Part shown: positions 51,281 to 63,840 of the stretch, in pieces
Layout of the letters: each line of letters begins with the position of its first letter
How positions within the stretch are numbered: the first letter of the stretch is position 1
Assembly (NCBI GenBank): GCA_905178155.1
Contig: CAJINV010000010.1
Span: forward strand, 2,302,778-2,366,777
Length of the DNA: 64,000 bases
Direction: 5' to 3'
Source of the DNA: Amoebophrya sp. A120
Taxonomy: Eukaryota; Protista; Dinoflagellata
Position numbers and translations under genes: made by a program
The notes under the pieces: model-generated
Seen by the model: only the letters and a program-made list of their open reading frames with translations
What the model was told of the DNA's origin: nothing
The model's database searches: none

Positions 51281-52429
51281 GCTACTTCTCCTTGAGCAAT
51301 TCTTCTGATTGCTCATCTTCTCCGATTTTTTTCTACTGCTGTAGCCAGCCCATCCGTCGCCGTTCCATCGCTTGTCCCGTTCCAGCACAGTGGTCACTAT
51401 ACCTGACATTAGTGATTGTGTTGAACGATGACAGGACAGCTTCACGGGGATCGACAGCGAACATATCTGCAAGCTAGACAAACATGTGTAGTTCACGACG
51501 AAGATGAAGATGTTGAAGAAGAAATCAAAGCACGACACAAACAATAGGTGAAGAAAGTGTATCCATACTCCACTTTAACCACACACTTCATACACACCCC
51601 CGACGACACAACTTGCCCAGAGTGCGCACGATCACGGCCTGTGGAAGCTTTTCGAACAGAGACTCCTTGCCACGCGTACGCTTTCCACACTTCGCCGAAG
51701 AAACACCGCGACGAGCTACTGTTTCTGCGGTCGGCTTGCTTCGGGCGCAGTTCGTCGTCGAAGATCCTCCGGCGGTGCGCGGAGGTCTTGGTGAGGTCGG
51801 TATGCTATGCGCCACAATGCCTCTGGCGGCGGAGGGAGAAACCACCACCGGTCGCGTCGTGCTTGCCCTTGTTGCAACATGGCCTCGCACTAGCCGCTGC
51901 CGGGGGCTGGAGTTCGGCGTTGGTGACTTTCTCCCTCGGGTCACTGAGCTGCACGGTGGTGCCGGATGGAGCCAACTTGGGGGGGGTGGCGGTGACTTAC
52001 GCTAGTAGCTTAAATGGAATCTAGGGCGCAGCCGGCTGCACCCGGCTGCCTACACATACTCTCCAGGGGCCCCGTGCAGAGGGCCCCGCTCTCGACAGGT
52101 TTTCACTTCACTTCGAGGGGTGGTGGTTGGCGGTGGCCTCTTCGCATGTGGCTCACTAGACCGGGGCAGGGAACGACGCAACGCTATGCACCACGGGCAC
52201 GCGACTACCAAATGCCAGTGTGGACGCCAATCCGGGCCACTTAGTGCAGCGCGAGACTCTACCCTGGGCTAACGTTCTCAATCCCGAGGGGAGTCACGGT
52301 AAGAAAATCCTCGCTAGGGTCTCAGGGGCACATTTTGGATAACGTTTCACTCGCCCAGACCGAAGCTACTTCTCCTTGAGCAATTCTTCTGATTGCTCGT
52401 CTTCTCCGATTTTTTTCTACTGCTGTAGC
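51281..52429. repeat. Direct repeat pair of about 65 bp (51281-51345 / 52365-52429)
   Basis: gctacttctccttgagcaattcttctgattgctc(a/g)tcttctccgatttttttctactgctgtagc occurs twice. Confidence 0.85.
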
Positions 52430-53393
52430 AACTGTTCTTTTGAATGCTGAATCTCGACGTCGTTTTTCAGAAATCATAAGTGGTCTAAACTTTTCAGTAA
52501 AGGTAAATAAACTTCCTTCCAATACTCTTGAAATTTCAGTCGTGTTTACTCGTTTTTAGTTGTTGCTTTTTTTTCACAGGCATCGAATGTGTTCTCATGT
52601 GTATGTGTCGTCGCTGTCCCGGTACTAAGTAATAAGTAACAGAGTTTAATAGTCTCGACCAGCAGGCCTAGGACTCTGCAGCAGTAGGGAAGAACCCGAG
52701 CTGATAATGTTTGTGCGGATTTTGTGGCTGTGCTCCTGCGACACACCACAACAGGGCACCCTTGCATTCGTCACACCAAAACCTCTTCATCACACAATAT
52801 ACAATAAATCTTACATAGGTCGTACTAGTTGTTCTAACGATACAAAGACATAAGAGCAGCCGCAACATCATCCTGACTATAGCCGTACTTCTCCGCCCCC
52901 AAATTTATCAAGGACGAAGTACGACTATGATCTGGGGCAGCTGCTCTGTGGTCTCATTCGTCGAGGCGACAAGAGTGCGTAGAACCTAATAGTCGCCTCA
53001 TTCTTGTTCCCTGACTTCTACACCTGTATTCTCGAAGACCATTACGAAGCAGCTGGGAAACTAACAGTTGGAAAGTCTTGTAATTTCCCCCTGTGATTCA
53101 CCTCGCTTAACAAACACAGTATGTACCATTTTTGCAAAACGAAGAAGGTCATGCTTTCGTTCTACCTACCATCAGTGCGGAGTTTTTTTCCGAAGCGCGA
53201 GCTAGCTTCTCCTGGCTAAAACCTAAAACCCTCCCGCGTTCTTCTTCTTCTTCAGTTCTCTATGTATAAAAACTACGCGGTCCAACACTGACTTGACGTC
53301 CGCACGAGGACTTGCAAGCAAATACTTGAAATATTATGACTCGTTACTGATGCTGAAATAGCAAGAGTGTTTACTTAGAATCTACTTTTCGTC

Positions 53394-56300
53394 TTAACAC
53401 ACCGCCTTGATCCAGTTTCTTCCCACGAATTCCGTAATCCTGCTCACCACCTCGCCGAAAAAATACCGGCTGCCCTGCAGCGTTTTCCAGTCGGACTCTT
53501 CCTTCGCTTCCGCGAAAATGCGCGCCGGCGTGCCTTGCAACACAATTTTTACCGAGGAAGTTCTAGTGTACTTCGGGCCACTGGTTCTTGCTGTCTTGGT
53601 CGACGTCGTGCAAGAAGAACTACTGCTTCTTCCAGATGGTATTAATTGTCCCGTGGAAGTAGTAGATGATGATGCCAGACAAGAAGTCGCACCGGAAGTA
53701 GGAACTCCTGCACGAAGTAGATGATCCTTATTTTCTACCACCACCACCGCGAGGGCGTGCTTGGAACCGAATTGCAGAGCGTGAAAGTTCTTGTTTTGCG
53801 GCGAAACGGTTGTGCTGGCGGCTTGAGCATGTTGCTGGTGGTGCTGTGAGAATGTTGAGGAAGTCGGCGAAACAGCATTGACGGCGTCGTCCTCTTGGTG
53901 TAGTGGTCTACTTGAAAAAGTAGAAGTGCCGGAACTAGTTGTATCAGAAGTGTTGTTCGTGTAGTTTTCCCTGCTCACTGTAAAAATTCCCATGTGATTC
54001 TTCACAATCGTGACCACCGGATCGTCAGTAAAAATTTTCTTGCGACCGCCCTGCTCTACTACTACCTCTTTCTGCGCGTTCGCAATGCCCGGTCGGAGCT
54101 GCAGCACTTGATAGGGAAAAGAATCTGTCCCCTGTTTTTTACCACTACTTCCCGCAGCTGCCCCCGGCGAATAAAGGGTACTACTATCGCCGTACTCTCG
54201 TTCACCGACGACGGCAAGGTCACCATGCTGACCACACTGCGTGGTACTATTCGGTGAAGATCCTGGCGGCCGGATCACGACCTGCACGCACCGGCCGAAA
54301 TGCTCGGTCCCCTTGTTCATCTCCTGGTCCGCGCCGGCGAGCTTCTTGCTTACCAGTTTTGTCAAAACGTCTTGGTGCAAACTCGCCAGGGAGCAGAAAA
54401 AAGTGGTTGGGTAGAAATACTGACTGGTTGCAGGAGCACCAGAATTATGTTGGCTATCACTCAGAAGTAGACCACCGTGCTCCTCGTATCCTATGTAAAA
54501 ACGTCCCCACACCAGAGTCAAGATGGGGATCTCGCAACACAAATCGAGAAGTTTTGGGGGTCAAGCATGACAAGTTCGTCTCTGTATTGTAGTGCAGTTT
54601 AGCAAGTACAGCCGCAACACAAACCCATCTATTCATCCTGCCGACAGCATTACAAATTGCAAAACGCGCTTGGAATTGCCTCTCATGGGGATGCGCATTA
54701 CAAATCTTCCTGTAGCTGCAAATCTGCATGACAACTCTGGGGTGGGGACGTTTTTACTCAGAATACCTCGGAATGAATCCGCGTCACGTCCTTGTACTGC
54801 ACGAAGACGTTCTGCTTCTCCAAAATCTTCTCGATTTCCTTTTCGAAAGTTGTACCCTGGTGGTCCTGCGACAGCACATCACTGGTGCTTAATACATCCG
54901 CCCCGTTTACCTTGTTGTACTTCCGCACCACCACGCGCAAATTCGGAAAGGCTTCCTTCAGAAAGCACGCGTACTGTGCAGACACGGCGAAGGGGTATTT
55001 CTGGTGAAAAATAACCTGGCCGATAATTTTGTTTCCGGAAGAGCTACAAGTAGGTGAGCTTGATGAGCTAATATTCATCAGAAAATCGTGCGCCTGCCGC
55101 AGCTGCTTGTTGCGCAAACTCGTGGAGAAAATCTTCATCTGTCCCGGGCTTCTGTTTTCTGGTCCAGCAAGAACATTTGACGTTGACACTTTGCCGGAAC
55201 TGCATCCAGCTGCGTTGGCAGATTCTATAGACGATGAGTTTCGGCACCGCAAATCGATGAGCAAATCGAAAGCGATCTCCTGTTCATCCTGAGGACCCTG
55301 CTGGGGCGCTGATTTTTGCTGATGCTGCGCGACTAGGTCATGCAGCAGATGCCCAGATTTATTTTGCTGCAGCTCGTCGATCGCTTGCTCTTGCTCGTCT
55401 GCAATGGAACAAGAATTCGCACAAGCACCATTCCTATCAAATGTAAAAGTGTCTGGGTCTGGAATGTTGCCGGGTTTGTCATGCATATTTTGCATGAGCC
55501 AGGACGCCTGTAATGCACGACCTAGCATCACAGATTTTTAGAGGGCTTCCTGATACCTACTCCGCATGACAAACGCCCTCCCCGCGTAGCGCGAACTAGC
55601 TTCCTCGTGCTGGTCATGCAGTACAGATTTTTTTAGAGTCCAAAGTTAGCATCACAAGTTCCAACCTTCCAGACCCAGACATTTTTACAGTTGATAATTC
55701 CCATTTCCGGTTCGGATCTTCACGGAATTCGCGAACTTTTCCAAAATTTCTCCCCGATAGAACTTCAGCTTCACCATCGGCTTCACGACCTCTTGACGAA
55801 TCGTGGAGGAGGTCGCAGTTGTAGTTTTACTACCCCCACTTGTTGCTGTTGACAGTTATGAACTGCAACTATGTCCGGGTCTGGGAGAAGATTGCGAGAT
55901 TTGTCATGCTAGTCTGGCACGTTGACTCTAAACTCTGTATTGCGTGCCCGCGACGACGTCCTCTTGTCTGCCATGCAAAAACGCTGCTTCTCATGCTAAG
56001 TACGCAACTCAGAAGCACCGAAAAACTTGTCATGCAGGGGAGTGCATCGCAGTGTGCTCACTATTCCCTTTCTGGCATCACAGGTTTCCAGACCCAGACA
56101 TATTTGCAATGCATAACAGTAGCTGCCCGCCAATCTGCTCTAACACGTCTAGATACTTCATCGGTAGAAACTCCTTGGGATCCTTGATCGACAGTGCCAT
56201 CTTGCTGTCGCGCTCGAAAAAAGACTTGTTGTCAATGATGGCGATGGATCGGAGCTGGTTGTTCATTTTTTTGGTAGTAGAACAAGCTGCTGGCAGATCG

Positions 56301-58696
56301 TCTTCTCTCCCATATCCATGCCCCGCCCGCCCAAATAAGGTGGAAGATGATGTCACCGCCAGTTCCCTGGCCAAGGCCACCGCTTTCATCCCCCCGCCGA
56401 GAATCACCACTCGTTTCACCGGCGGAGGCGGGTAGCTACAGCAGGAAGATGATGAGAGGGCTCCTGCTCCACCTCCGGCGCCGCATTCTCGCATAGCTGT
56501 ACAAGTAGTCGTTCCCTGCGTCAGCACTGAGGTCGCCGTGTTCCAGGCCGTGGTCGCAGCGGAGACCACAGATTGCGACTTGGAAGAAAAAGTGGCGGAA
56601 ATCCGAGGATTTATACCAGGACCAGGAGGATGTTCTTGCATCTGGATCATACTTCTGTGTCTTTCCGAAGATTCACCACCTCCCGCATGGGACGAGGTAG
56701 CCGCTGCTGTCCTCTGCGGCCCTCGAGAGCTGCAAGTAGAGCTCTTGTCGGATAGTTGTACCCCGCACCAGGATTTTTTGGGGTTTTCTTCTCTGTCGAG
56801 GGTAAGGTCGTGTTGACCAGCAGCTGCACTTTGCGCACAGCAGGCAGCGGAGGCGGGAGCGACAGAATTTTTGCTCGTAGAACAACTACCGTCGCTTGTC
56901 CTCGTGATTCCAGATTCATTCCCGGCCGCGACGCTGCTCCTCGAGTTCTTGTGCTGCGAATCTTCATGATCATCATCTCGACAGGTGGAAATAACAAGTT
57001 TATCAAGTTGCTGCAGCTGCTGATCATTCTTGCTGGACTGCAGATCCTCTATAATTATTCCCTCGTCCCTATGTTTCCTTCCTGCTGGCACGACGGCGGA
57101 CACCTCGGACACCGAACGGTGCTCGCTGACCAGCTGATCGATGCTCAGGGCCTCCAAGTAGCTTTCTCGTCGGTTACATGCTGAAAACAGCTGCTCCTCG
57201 TTTGCCATGTTGTGAACGGAGATTTCGCTGTCAGATTTCTGGTTTGGCAAGAGCGGCAAAACAGCTTCGTCTAGCTGCTCAACGTTTGATGTTCCTCCGA
57301 CGCGTAAATCACTGGGACCGGCGTCAGATGCTGGTGCGTTATTTGTAGTTCCTCCTGCGATGGTGGAGAGTGTAGCCTGGATCTGCGGAACGGTCGAAAA
57401 GTAGTTCTCGCTGTTCTTACTCCTGGAGGAAGAACGACCACCCATTGCCAGCAAGGACGGCGCGGAAGAAGTTCTTGCACTGACACCGCTGAAAGGGTCG
57501 TCGTGCAGTTGGTCTTCCACGGCTCGTCCAGAATCATGATTTGTTCCACTCCTCATCGTTGAGCCCTGTGGTCGGGAAGACATGCAATTAGATTCCGGTG
57601 AAGAATTCTTCGGGTAGAGGACAACATCCTCCTCACCTTGTGCCGACGCACCATGCGACGACGCGGTAAAACTTCTCTTGCTACCGAGACTGGACGCCGA
57701 ATTACCATCCGACGGCGTGCGGTCCCCCGTGCAAGCGGCAGTGGAGCACTGGGAAACACTGTCCGAACTACTCTTGCTATTCGGGCCGTAATTTTTGACC
57801 ATTTTCATCGACGTAGATGAAGTTGTACTACAGCTTTTGTCTTTATTTCTCGTCGTCCCAGCGCCAGTGCCCGCCGCAGCATGACCGGTATGATTTTTAT
57901 CAGTTGTACACGATGCCCCCGTCGACGACACCACTTTATTCCGTCTCGCCGCGGCTTTTTCTAGCTGTTTCCACAACCATTTCCGCTCGCTGTCGCGCTC
58001 CTGGTCCCACTCCTCGATGTTTTTTTTCTCGTTGTGGTGCGGTAACCCGCGAATCGGGCTGGTATTTTGCCGGAACAGGAGGAGCGACTGGTTATTTTTT
58101 GCACTGCTTGATGTCGTGGTGTTCTCCTCGTCCTTCATCTTTAGAGAAGGTAATGGATTTTTATCACTCCGCTGCCTCAGCGCCAGCGCGCGGCTGCTTT
58201 CTTGTCGTCTGCTTGTGTCGATCGACAGATTTGGGTGATCAACATGTTGTCGGGTCGTACTACTATTCGAGCTCCTCCGCGACGACGCGGACGCGGGCGA
58301 ATTTTCTGTAGAGCTGCGCACGGATGCGGAAGAGGCATTGCAGCTTCCCGTCACCGATCGGGTGCTGGTGTTCGTGTTGGACGACCTATAACTACCACTG
58401 CGTGATGAAGCCGAAGAACTGGTTTCCTCTGGCACCGGGCTGCAGCGTCGGCGCTGGTTTTGATGATAATGAGAATTACTGCTCTGTGCCGCTGAAGTAG
58501 TCTTCATCGTAGAAGCTCCTGATGCAGAAGTTCCCTGGAAGTTATTGTAGGGACTGCAAGATGAACTGCTCTGCCTCTTAAATCGCAGCCCGATCGGCGA
58601 CTCATCACGGTACCGGCTCGTGTATCGTAATAGGGAAGAACTACTGTGGTTTTGCGCGTAGTGCTGCTTGCGCGACATAACCGCAGCGGTCGCCAT
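53394..58696 (-). CDS. Divergent FAD-dependent oxidoreductase (AIFM2/NDH-2-like) with long Ser-rich N-terminus; 3 introners
   Basis: KRVVILGGGMKAVALAREL...IAIIDNKSFFE...SIKDP...FDLLIDL resembles the Pyr_redox_2 Rossmann start. Confidence 0.55.
54487..54765. mobile_element. Introner family D
   Basis: TIRs; TSD cctcg. Confidence 0.95.
55435..55696. mobile_element. Introner family A
   Basis: TIRs; TSD attcc. Confidence 0.95.
55857..56115. mobile_element. Introner family A
   Basis: TIRs; TSD acagt. Confidence 0.95.
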
Positions 58697-61600
58697 GGTG
58701 GGCAACAGTCGTCGTGCAGCTCGGGGGAGGTTGTGCAGTCTGAGAAAGGTACTTACTACGTAGGTGGTGCCGCTTAGTTAGACACCAGAAGAGTATAAAC
58801 TAAGTACTTGATGTTTTTATCACTATCAGGCAAAGACTCTCCGTGCCGGTTGTACTATTCTTCTTGTAGAGGTGGTAGTGGTAGTGGCAGTGGTACTGTA
58901 TTTTACAATTTTACACTTGTGTGGCTATCTTCGCAAATTGGAGCACAAGCTTCTACACCACTGTGTTATAATAGCTGAGTCTTCTGCTAATAGCGGTCGA
59001 TTTTTTGCTCACGCCGTTGCGAAAACATCTTCCACAATAGGCGTTGCAAGTCGAAAGTTATGTAGTTAGCGGTTCGGCTTCGGTTCAAGGCACAAGAACT
59101 ACTCAGTGGCAGTACTATACACCCCGAATATAACAAAAGGCTTTTAAAAACACGGGCAAAACAGGAGTTGGTATACGGAAGATTGGTGTTCGATTTTTAC
59201 TTTTAGTACATTATCGGTCTTATGTTCGTACGTTGCAGCGATGATGCTCTTTGATGTCCGCGTTTTGACTTCAGGAGCAAAGCTGGTATGGAAATATACA
59301 ACTTGTAGAATTCAGTACGGATATTTGTGTTGTTGTTGTTGTTTTCGATTTTCAAAGTAACCAAAAGGTCGTACTATCAGGTCTTACTTTTTCCAGTAGT
59401 TAGATTACAAATAATTTCAAGAAACAATTACTCAACTTTGATGATGCCATATGGTTCGCGTACACTTGTCGGGAAAAGAACGAGTTGACGGACGTGGACC
59501 GCGCAAGTGCAATTTGTGCACATCACGTTGGCAACAGCAGCTCTTAGGGTGTTCAGAAGAATGACCTGCAAGACGAGGCAGGGCAATAGTAACTAAAAAA
59601 CTACCGGGGGCAATAATCTGTGTAAGCGAAGAAACTGTGCATGGAACGTAGAGAGAAAATAAAAGTCGAATGTTGCACAATGCAAAACAGAGCTTCGGCT
59701 AAGTTTCGCGAGCAGCAAATACACTAGCGAACCCAGCAAATACAGGCTCTGCGAAGATGCAAATAATGTTAAAACCGTAAAGCAAAAGGGCGGAAAGATT
59801 TCTGTCGGCGCTTCAATCCTATGTCGTGCAAGTGTAGTAAAACCGTTGAAGCGCTGTAAAGTAACCGCATAAACAAATCTGGTAAATGCGGATCTTCTCG
59901 ATTGGAAACTTCCCAATTATGCGTGACAGATCTCAATACGCGGCCTTTTGAAGACGCGTTAATACTTCTTGTAGCCACCTTCTCACTCTATTCACAACAA
60001 GGTCGTTGTGCTAGTACTACTCCTTATTTTACAACAAACATAAACAAGCTAAAAAAGTACTATAACGCTAAACTTCTTCTAATTTTTTTGTATTGTACCA
60101 ATACCACACTAGATGCTAAAGGTACGTGTGGGGTCGCCGAATGGCCCGCGCGAGGCGGACGCAAATTTGGCTCGACATCTTCGCAGGAGCTTGTTCTCGA
60201 GGATTGTTTACCCGTTGTTTCGTGTGTTCGTTCGTCCTCGGTGGTCGAAGTAAACTGACCCGTGCGAAGATGACGTTGTGCAGATCAGATGAGCAGTCCT
60301 TGGCAGGAGCTCCAGGTGATTTTTGATGCCGTACTCTACTCCTCGAGTCCTGGTTATGTACTAGACTCACGTGCTGGGGTCGTGGACTAGCCTGTACCAG
60401 TGCACGACTTCTCCGTCTTCAACAACAACTACCCAGCATTCTCGTCAAACCCATTTGCAGCTCCGATCTAATTCGATGGAGGTACAAGTTGTGGTAGAGC
60501 AATGTCGAGAAGATGAGAAGGGACAGAAACCGCTCCGCTGGTCGTTGTAAACGGGAGTTCTTGCGCCGCCGTAGTTTTATTTCTCGCCCACTTTGATTCG
60601 CAATAATAGCAAAACGTCGAGCAAGTGGATCAAAACTACTGAATGCTCAAATCCGGTCGTTGTTGTACAACAAAAAATAACTCTTCCTCTAAAACCGCGC
60701 CTCGGAAGAAGAAAGTACTGCGTCGAAGAAGATCTAAGCAGTGCACCGTGCTTAGGTAATATGAGTGCAGTAAATTGCACATCAAAACCTTCCACACCTA
60801 TTTGGTAGTAACAGCAACACAATCACAAGTAGTGAAGTAGTACCAAATTGTATATAGCAATCGACAAATTTATCATTGCCATGGTGCGGTTTGGGAGAAT
60901 CAAGTGCAGGATGACGCCGTTCTCTTTTGAGAGAAGGAACATCATGCAGATCTTCCGTACTCTCATTTCAACTCCGGAAGGATAGATTTTTTTGGCGAAA
61001 AAATTTTCCACTCGAAGATCCGATTCCGAATGAAAAGCTAACTCGAGAGCAGATAGAGGTCTTTGTGATTTGGACCAACATTGCAGTAGACCTCTGATTC
61101 AATGCCGAGTGAAGATCTTGTCGCTTTTCAGATTTCAATTTTGGACCGCGACCATGCAGGTACTTACGTACTAACTTTCTTTCGAGAAGCTGTGGTGTGA
61201 TGTGATTCTGTCTTTATTTCTGATTTAACTGTATCAGGTGGACTGACTCCGGTCATGCTCTAGACCAAGGACAACAACAAATTTGGAACCGAAGCTTGCG
61301 GAATGGATTTTGTTTCTTGTTTCATGATTTTTATGTTGTTGGTGTAAATCTGAGACCAGAGGGACGCTTTCTCTTTCTGTACTACCGGTGAAGATGGATC
61401 TTTTGACTGAGCATACATATCGATTTTTTTACGAGGGCCGACAACAGCGTGCATGCATGGCGTTATAGTAGCAAAGAACTTTGCAATACTGCAAGGCCGT
61501 TCTTGGTTATAGATTGTCGAAGCTGGGTCGTGAGATTTACACAAGGGATGATCGCTAGTCAAACTAGAAAGATACAAGTCAACTTGATCCTCATCTTGGC

Positions 61601-63018
61601 ATCCACAACCACGACAATACACGCTGGAGCAACGAGATAGCTCAATCGAGGAACACGGCAACAAGAATACGTGTATCACATGCCTGTCCCCAATTTCCGA
61701 CGAGTTTAACGGCTTGGAGGTTTCAAACAGTTATCAAATTGACAAACATACCGCTCGAGCCCGGCGAACGCCGACCGCGCGTCTGCATCTGCCCCCAGGG
61801 CCGAATTAATATTGCAAGCGGGCGGCGGAACCAACAATGCGGCCTCTGAAGCGCAACGGCGCCTCCGATTGGCGCGGCGCCAGCGGGGCGCGCGCGGCAT
61901 TCTGATGGCGGCGAGCTCCACCACCGGGACCGCCCAGACAAAGAACAGAAAGCGAATGGGCGGAGGGCGGGCGAAGAATACAAACCGGGGCCCCCAACGT
62001 CGGCTGCGCGCGTGAAATCAGCGAAAAGCGGCCGGGGCGGGCGGAGTTACGGAGAAACCGCCCGCGGGCCCGCCGGCCGGCGCAGTACGTACCTACGGAC
62101 GCATCGGCTGCCGCAATTGCGCCGGCGCGCAATGCCGGCAGCGCGGCAAGAAGTGCGCAAAAGGCTGGGGGGCTAGCCTTTGCGCTTTCCCGTACTCCGA
62201 AACTATAAGCCCGGGCCGGTGCCTTCGCCCGATGCGCCTGATTCTTCCGGGCGCAGTCCATCGCCGCGGTGGATGGGCATACAACCCGGCGCCCAGGGCT
62301 GCGGCCCACATCTTGCCCAGCATGCGCCGGCCCTGGGCCGGCCGCAAGGCGAAAACGACCCCAACAAGACCCCCCAACCCGGGGCCCCATCCGCAACCCC
62401 CCGGAGACGCGCAGGCCCCCCCTTTCCGGTAGCAGCTGACGGCGGCCCCGTGCTCCGTGGCGCGGCTCAGCGCCGTGGCGTGCCGCGCTACATCTCCTCC
62501 CCTCTTGGTTCCCCGGCCGATCTCCTCCCCTATGATATTCCACAACTCGCCTGCCTTTTGTCACTTTGCCGCGACACTGGAGCGCGCATACATAGGCGAC
62601 CGGGAAGGCGCCCAGCCTCACTGGCTGGCACGTACACACTGCGGCCAGCTCAACGAGCAGCCCAACGCCCCGGGGGCGCGCACGGCGGGGCGGCACTAGC
62701 TACACGCCCGCCGCGGCCTGGGGGCGGGCGCGTCGCCTTCCTCCGCCTCACACGCGCAGGGCTGCGCCCTCGCGTCGCGGAGGACCTTCGCGCGCACTGC
62801 TGCGCCCGGCCCCCGCACGGCTTCGCAGGCGCGCGCCGTGAAACTCCTGGAACATCGCCCGCGCTTGCTCGGCCAAGTTCTGCACCAGGTGCGCAGGGCA
62901 AAGGACAACGGCAAAGGGCGCGCGGCGCGCACGTTCCGCCGGAAATTCCCCGAGATGCCTCCGCGCGGCAATTCCCAAACGATGCGCCGAGAGCCGTCCC
63001 CCCCCCGCAGCGAACGCC

Positions 63019-63100
63019 CACAGCCAGAAAGCCCGCACAGCCAGAAGGCCCGCACAGCCAGAAAGCCCGCACAGCCAGAAAGGCCGCACAGCCAGAAAGC
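63019..63100. repeat. 17-bp minisatellite, about 5 copies
   Basis: cacagccagaaagcccg tandem units. Confidence 0.9.
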
Positions 63101-63840
63101 AGGCGGGCTGCTCTGGGGGAGATGCGTGATAATGGCAGAACCACACTAGGCACTGCAGAAAAAACGGCGCAGCCCAATTGTTAGCTGGGAACACACTGCA
63201 GGATACTGAATCAGTACCGGTGTCGAAGAACCGGTCGATCATTTTTTCTTCCCGCGCTTTGATGTTGCAACCAACAAGGGAAAACTGCACGCAGCCCGGA
63301 ATTCAACGGGAGCCTTGCCATCTCGAGCCCGATACCATCACCAGAACCATACAGATGTCGCGACTTAATGGTCGCATAAGGGTCAATCTTGTCAAAGACT
63401 ACTGTATTCTTGAGTTGCAATATAGTATTCTTGATTTGCACAAAAAATCCGATAGACCTAAAGCTGAGCCTGACTGAGGTGAATATCCAGGAGACCTGCC
63501 AGACATTAGTCGTACCGATAGAAATAAATATGTTAAAACCTATGAAAGCGTGTCACCAGCGTATTATTTTTCATTTTCTTGCAACGAATATACAGGAAGG
63601 AGCCTCCTCCACTCGAAAAAATGGCAGCTCCGCCTCCGTTGTAAGTAGAAGTGCACCTACGCAACAAACATAATTCCGGTGGACCTTCACCACCACACTT
63701 CAAAATCAATTTTTCCAGAGGGCTTCCGTGCGGGAGGACCCCTCACGAGTCTACTTCTTTTCCACGACCAGCAGCTCCCCTACAACAACCACTCTACCCA
63801 ACCTGCCTCCTCGCTCTGCACAAACCTTCTGTGAGTTCCC

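Noticed and set aside
121-56115. CRISPR-like array suggested by recurring 25-30 bp repeats
   Set aside because: The repeats are inverted pairs bounding dispersed elements with TSDs, spacing is irregular, there are no cas genes, and the context is eukaryotic.
121-56115. Genes as transposon-disrupted pseudogenes
   Set aside because: Exons keep intact catalytic and structural motifs, and frames are restored exactly on removing the element plus one TSD copy.
121-56115. Ciliate-type IESs excised from DNA
   Set aside because: Exons read in the standard code, boundaries are variable 5-bp TSDs rather than TA repeats, and GT-AG introns carry element relics. Not formally excluded without checking for element-free DNA reads.
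59400-61700. Possible coding region next to the GC island
   Set aside because: No coherent frame or recognisable motif could be assembled.
61806-63290. Long overlapping ORFs (296 and 334 aa) in the GC island
   Set aside because: Arg/Ala/Pro/Gly-rich products are expected from stop-poor GC-rich DNA; no domain was recognised.
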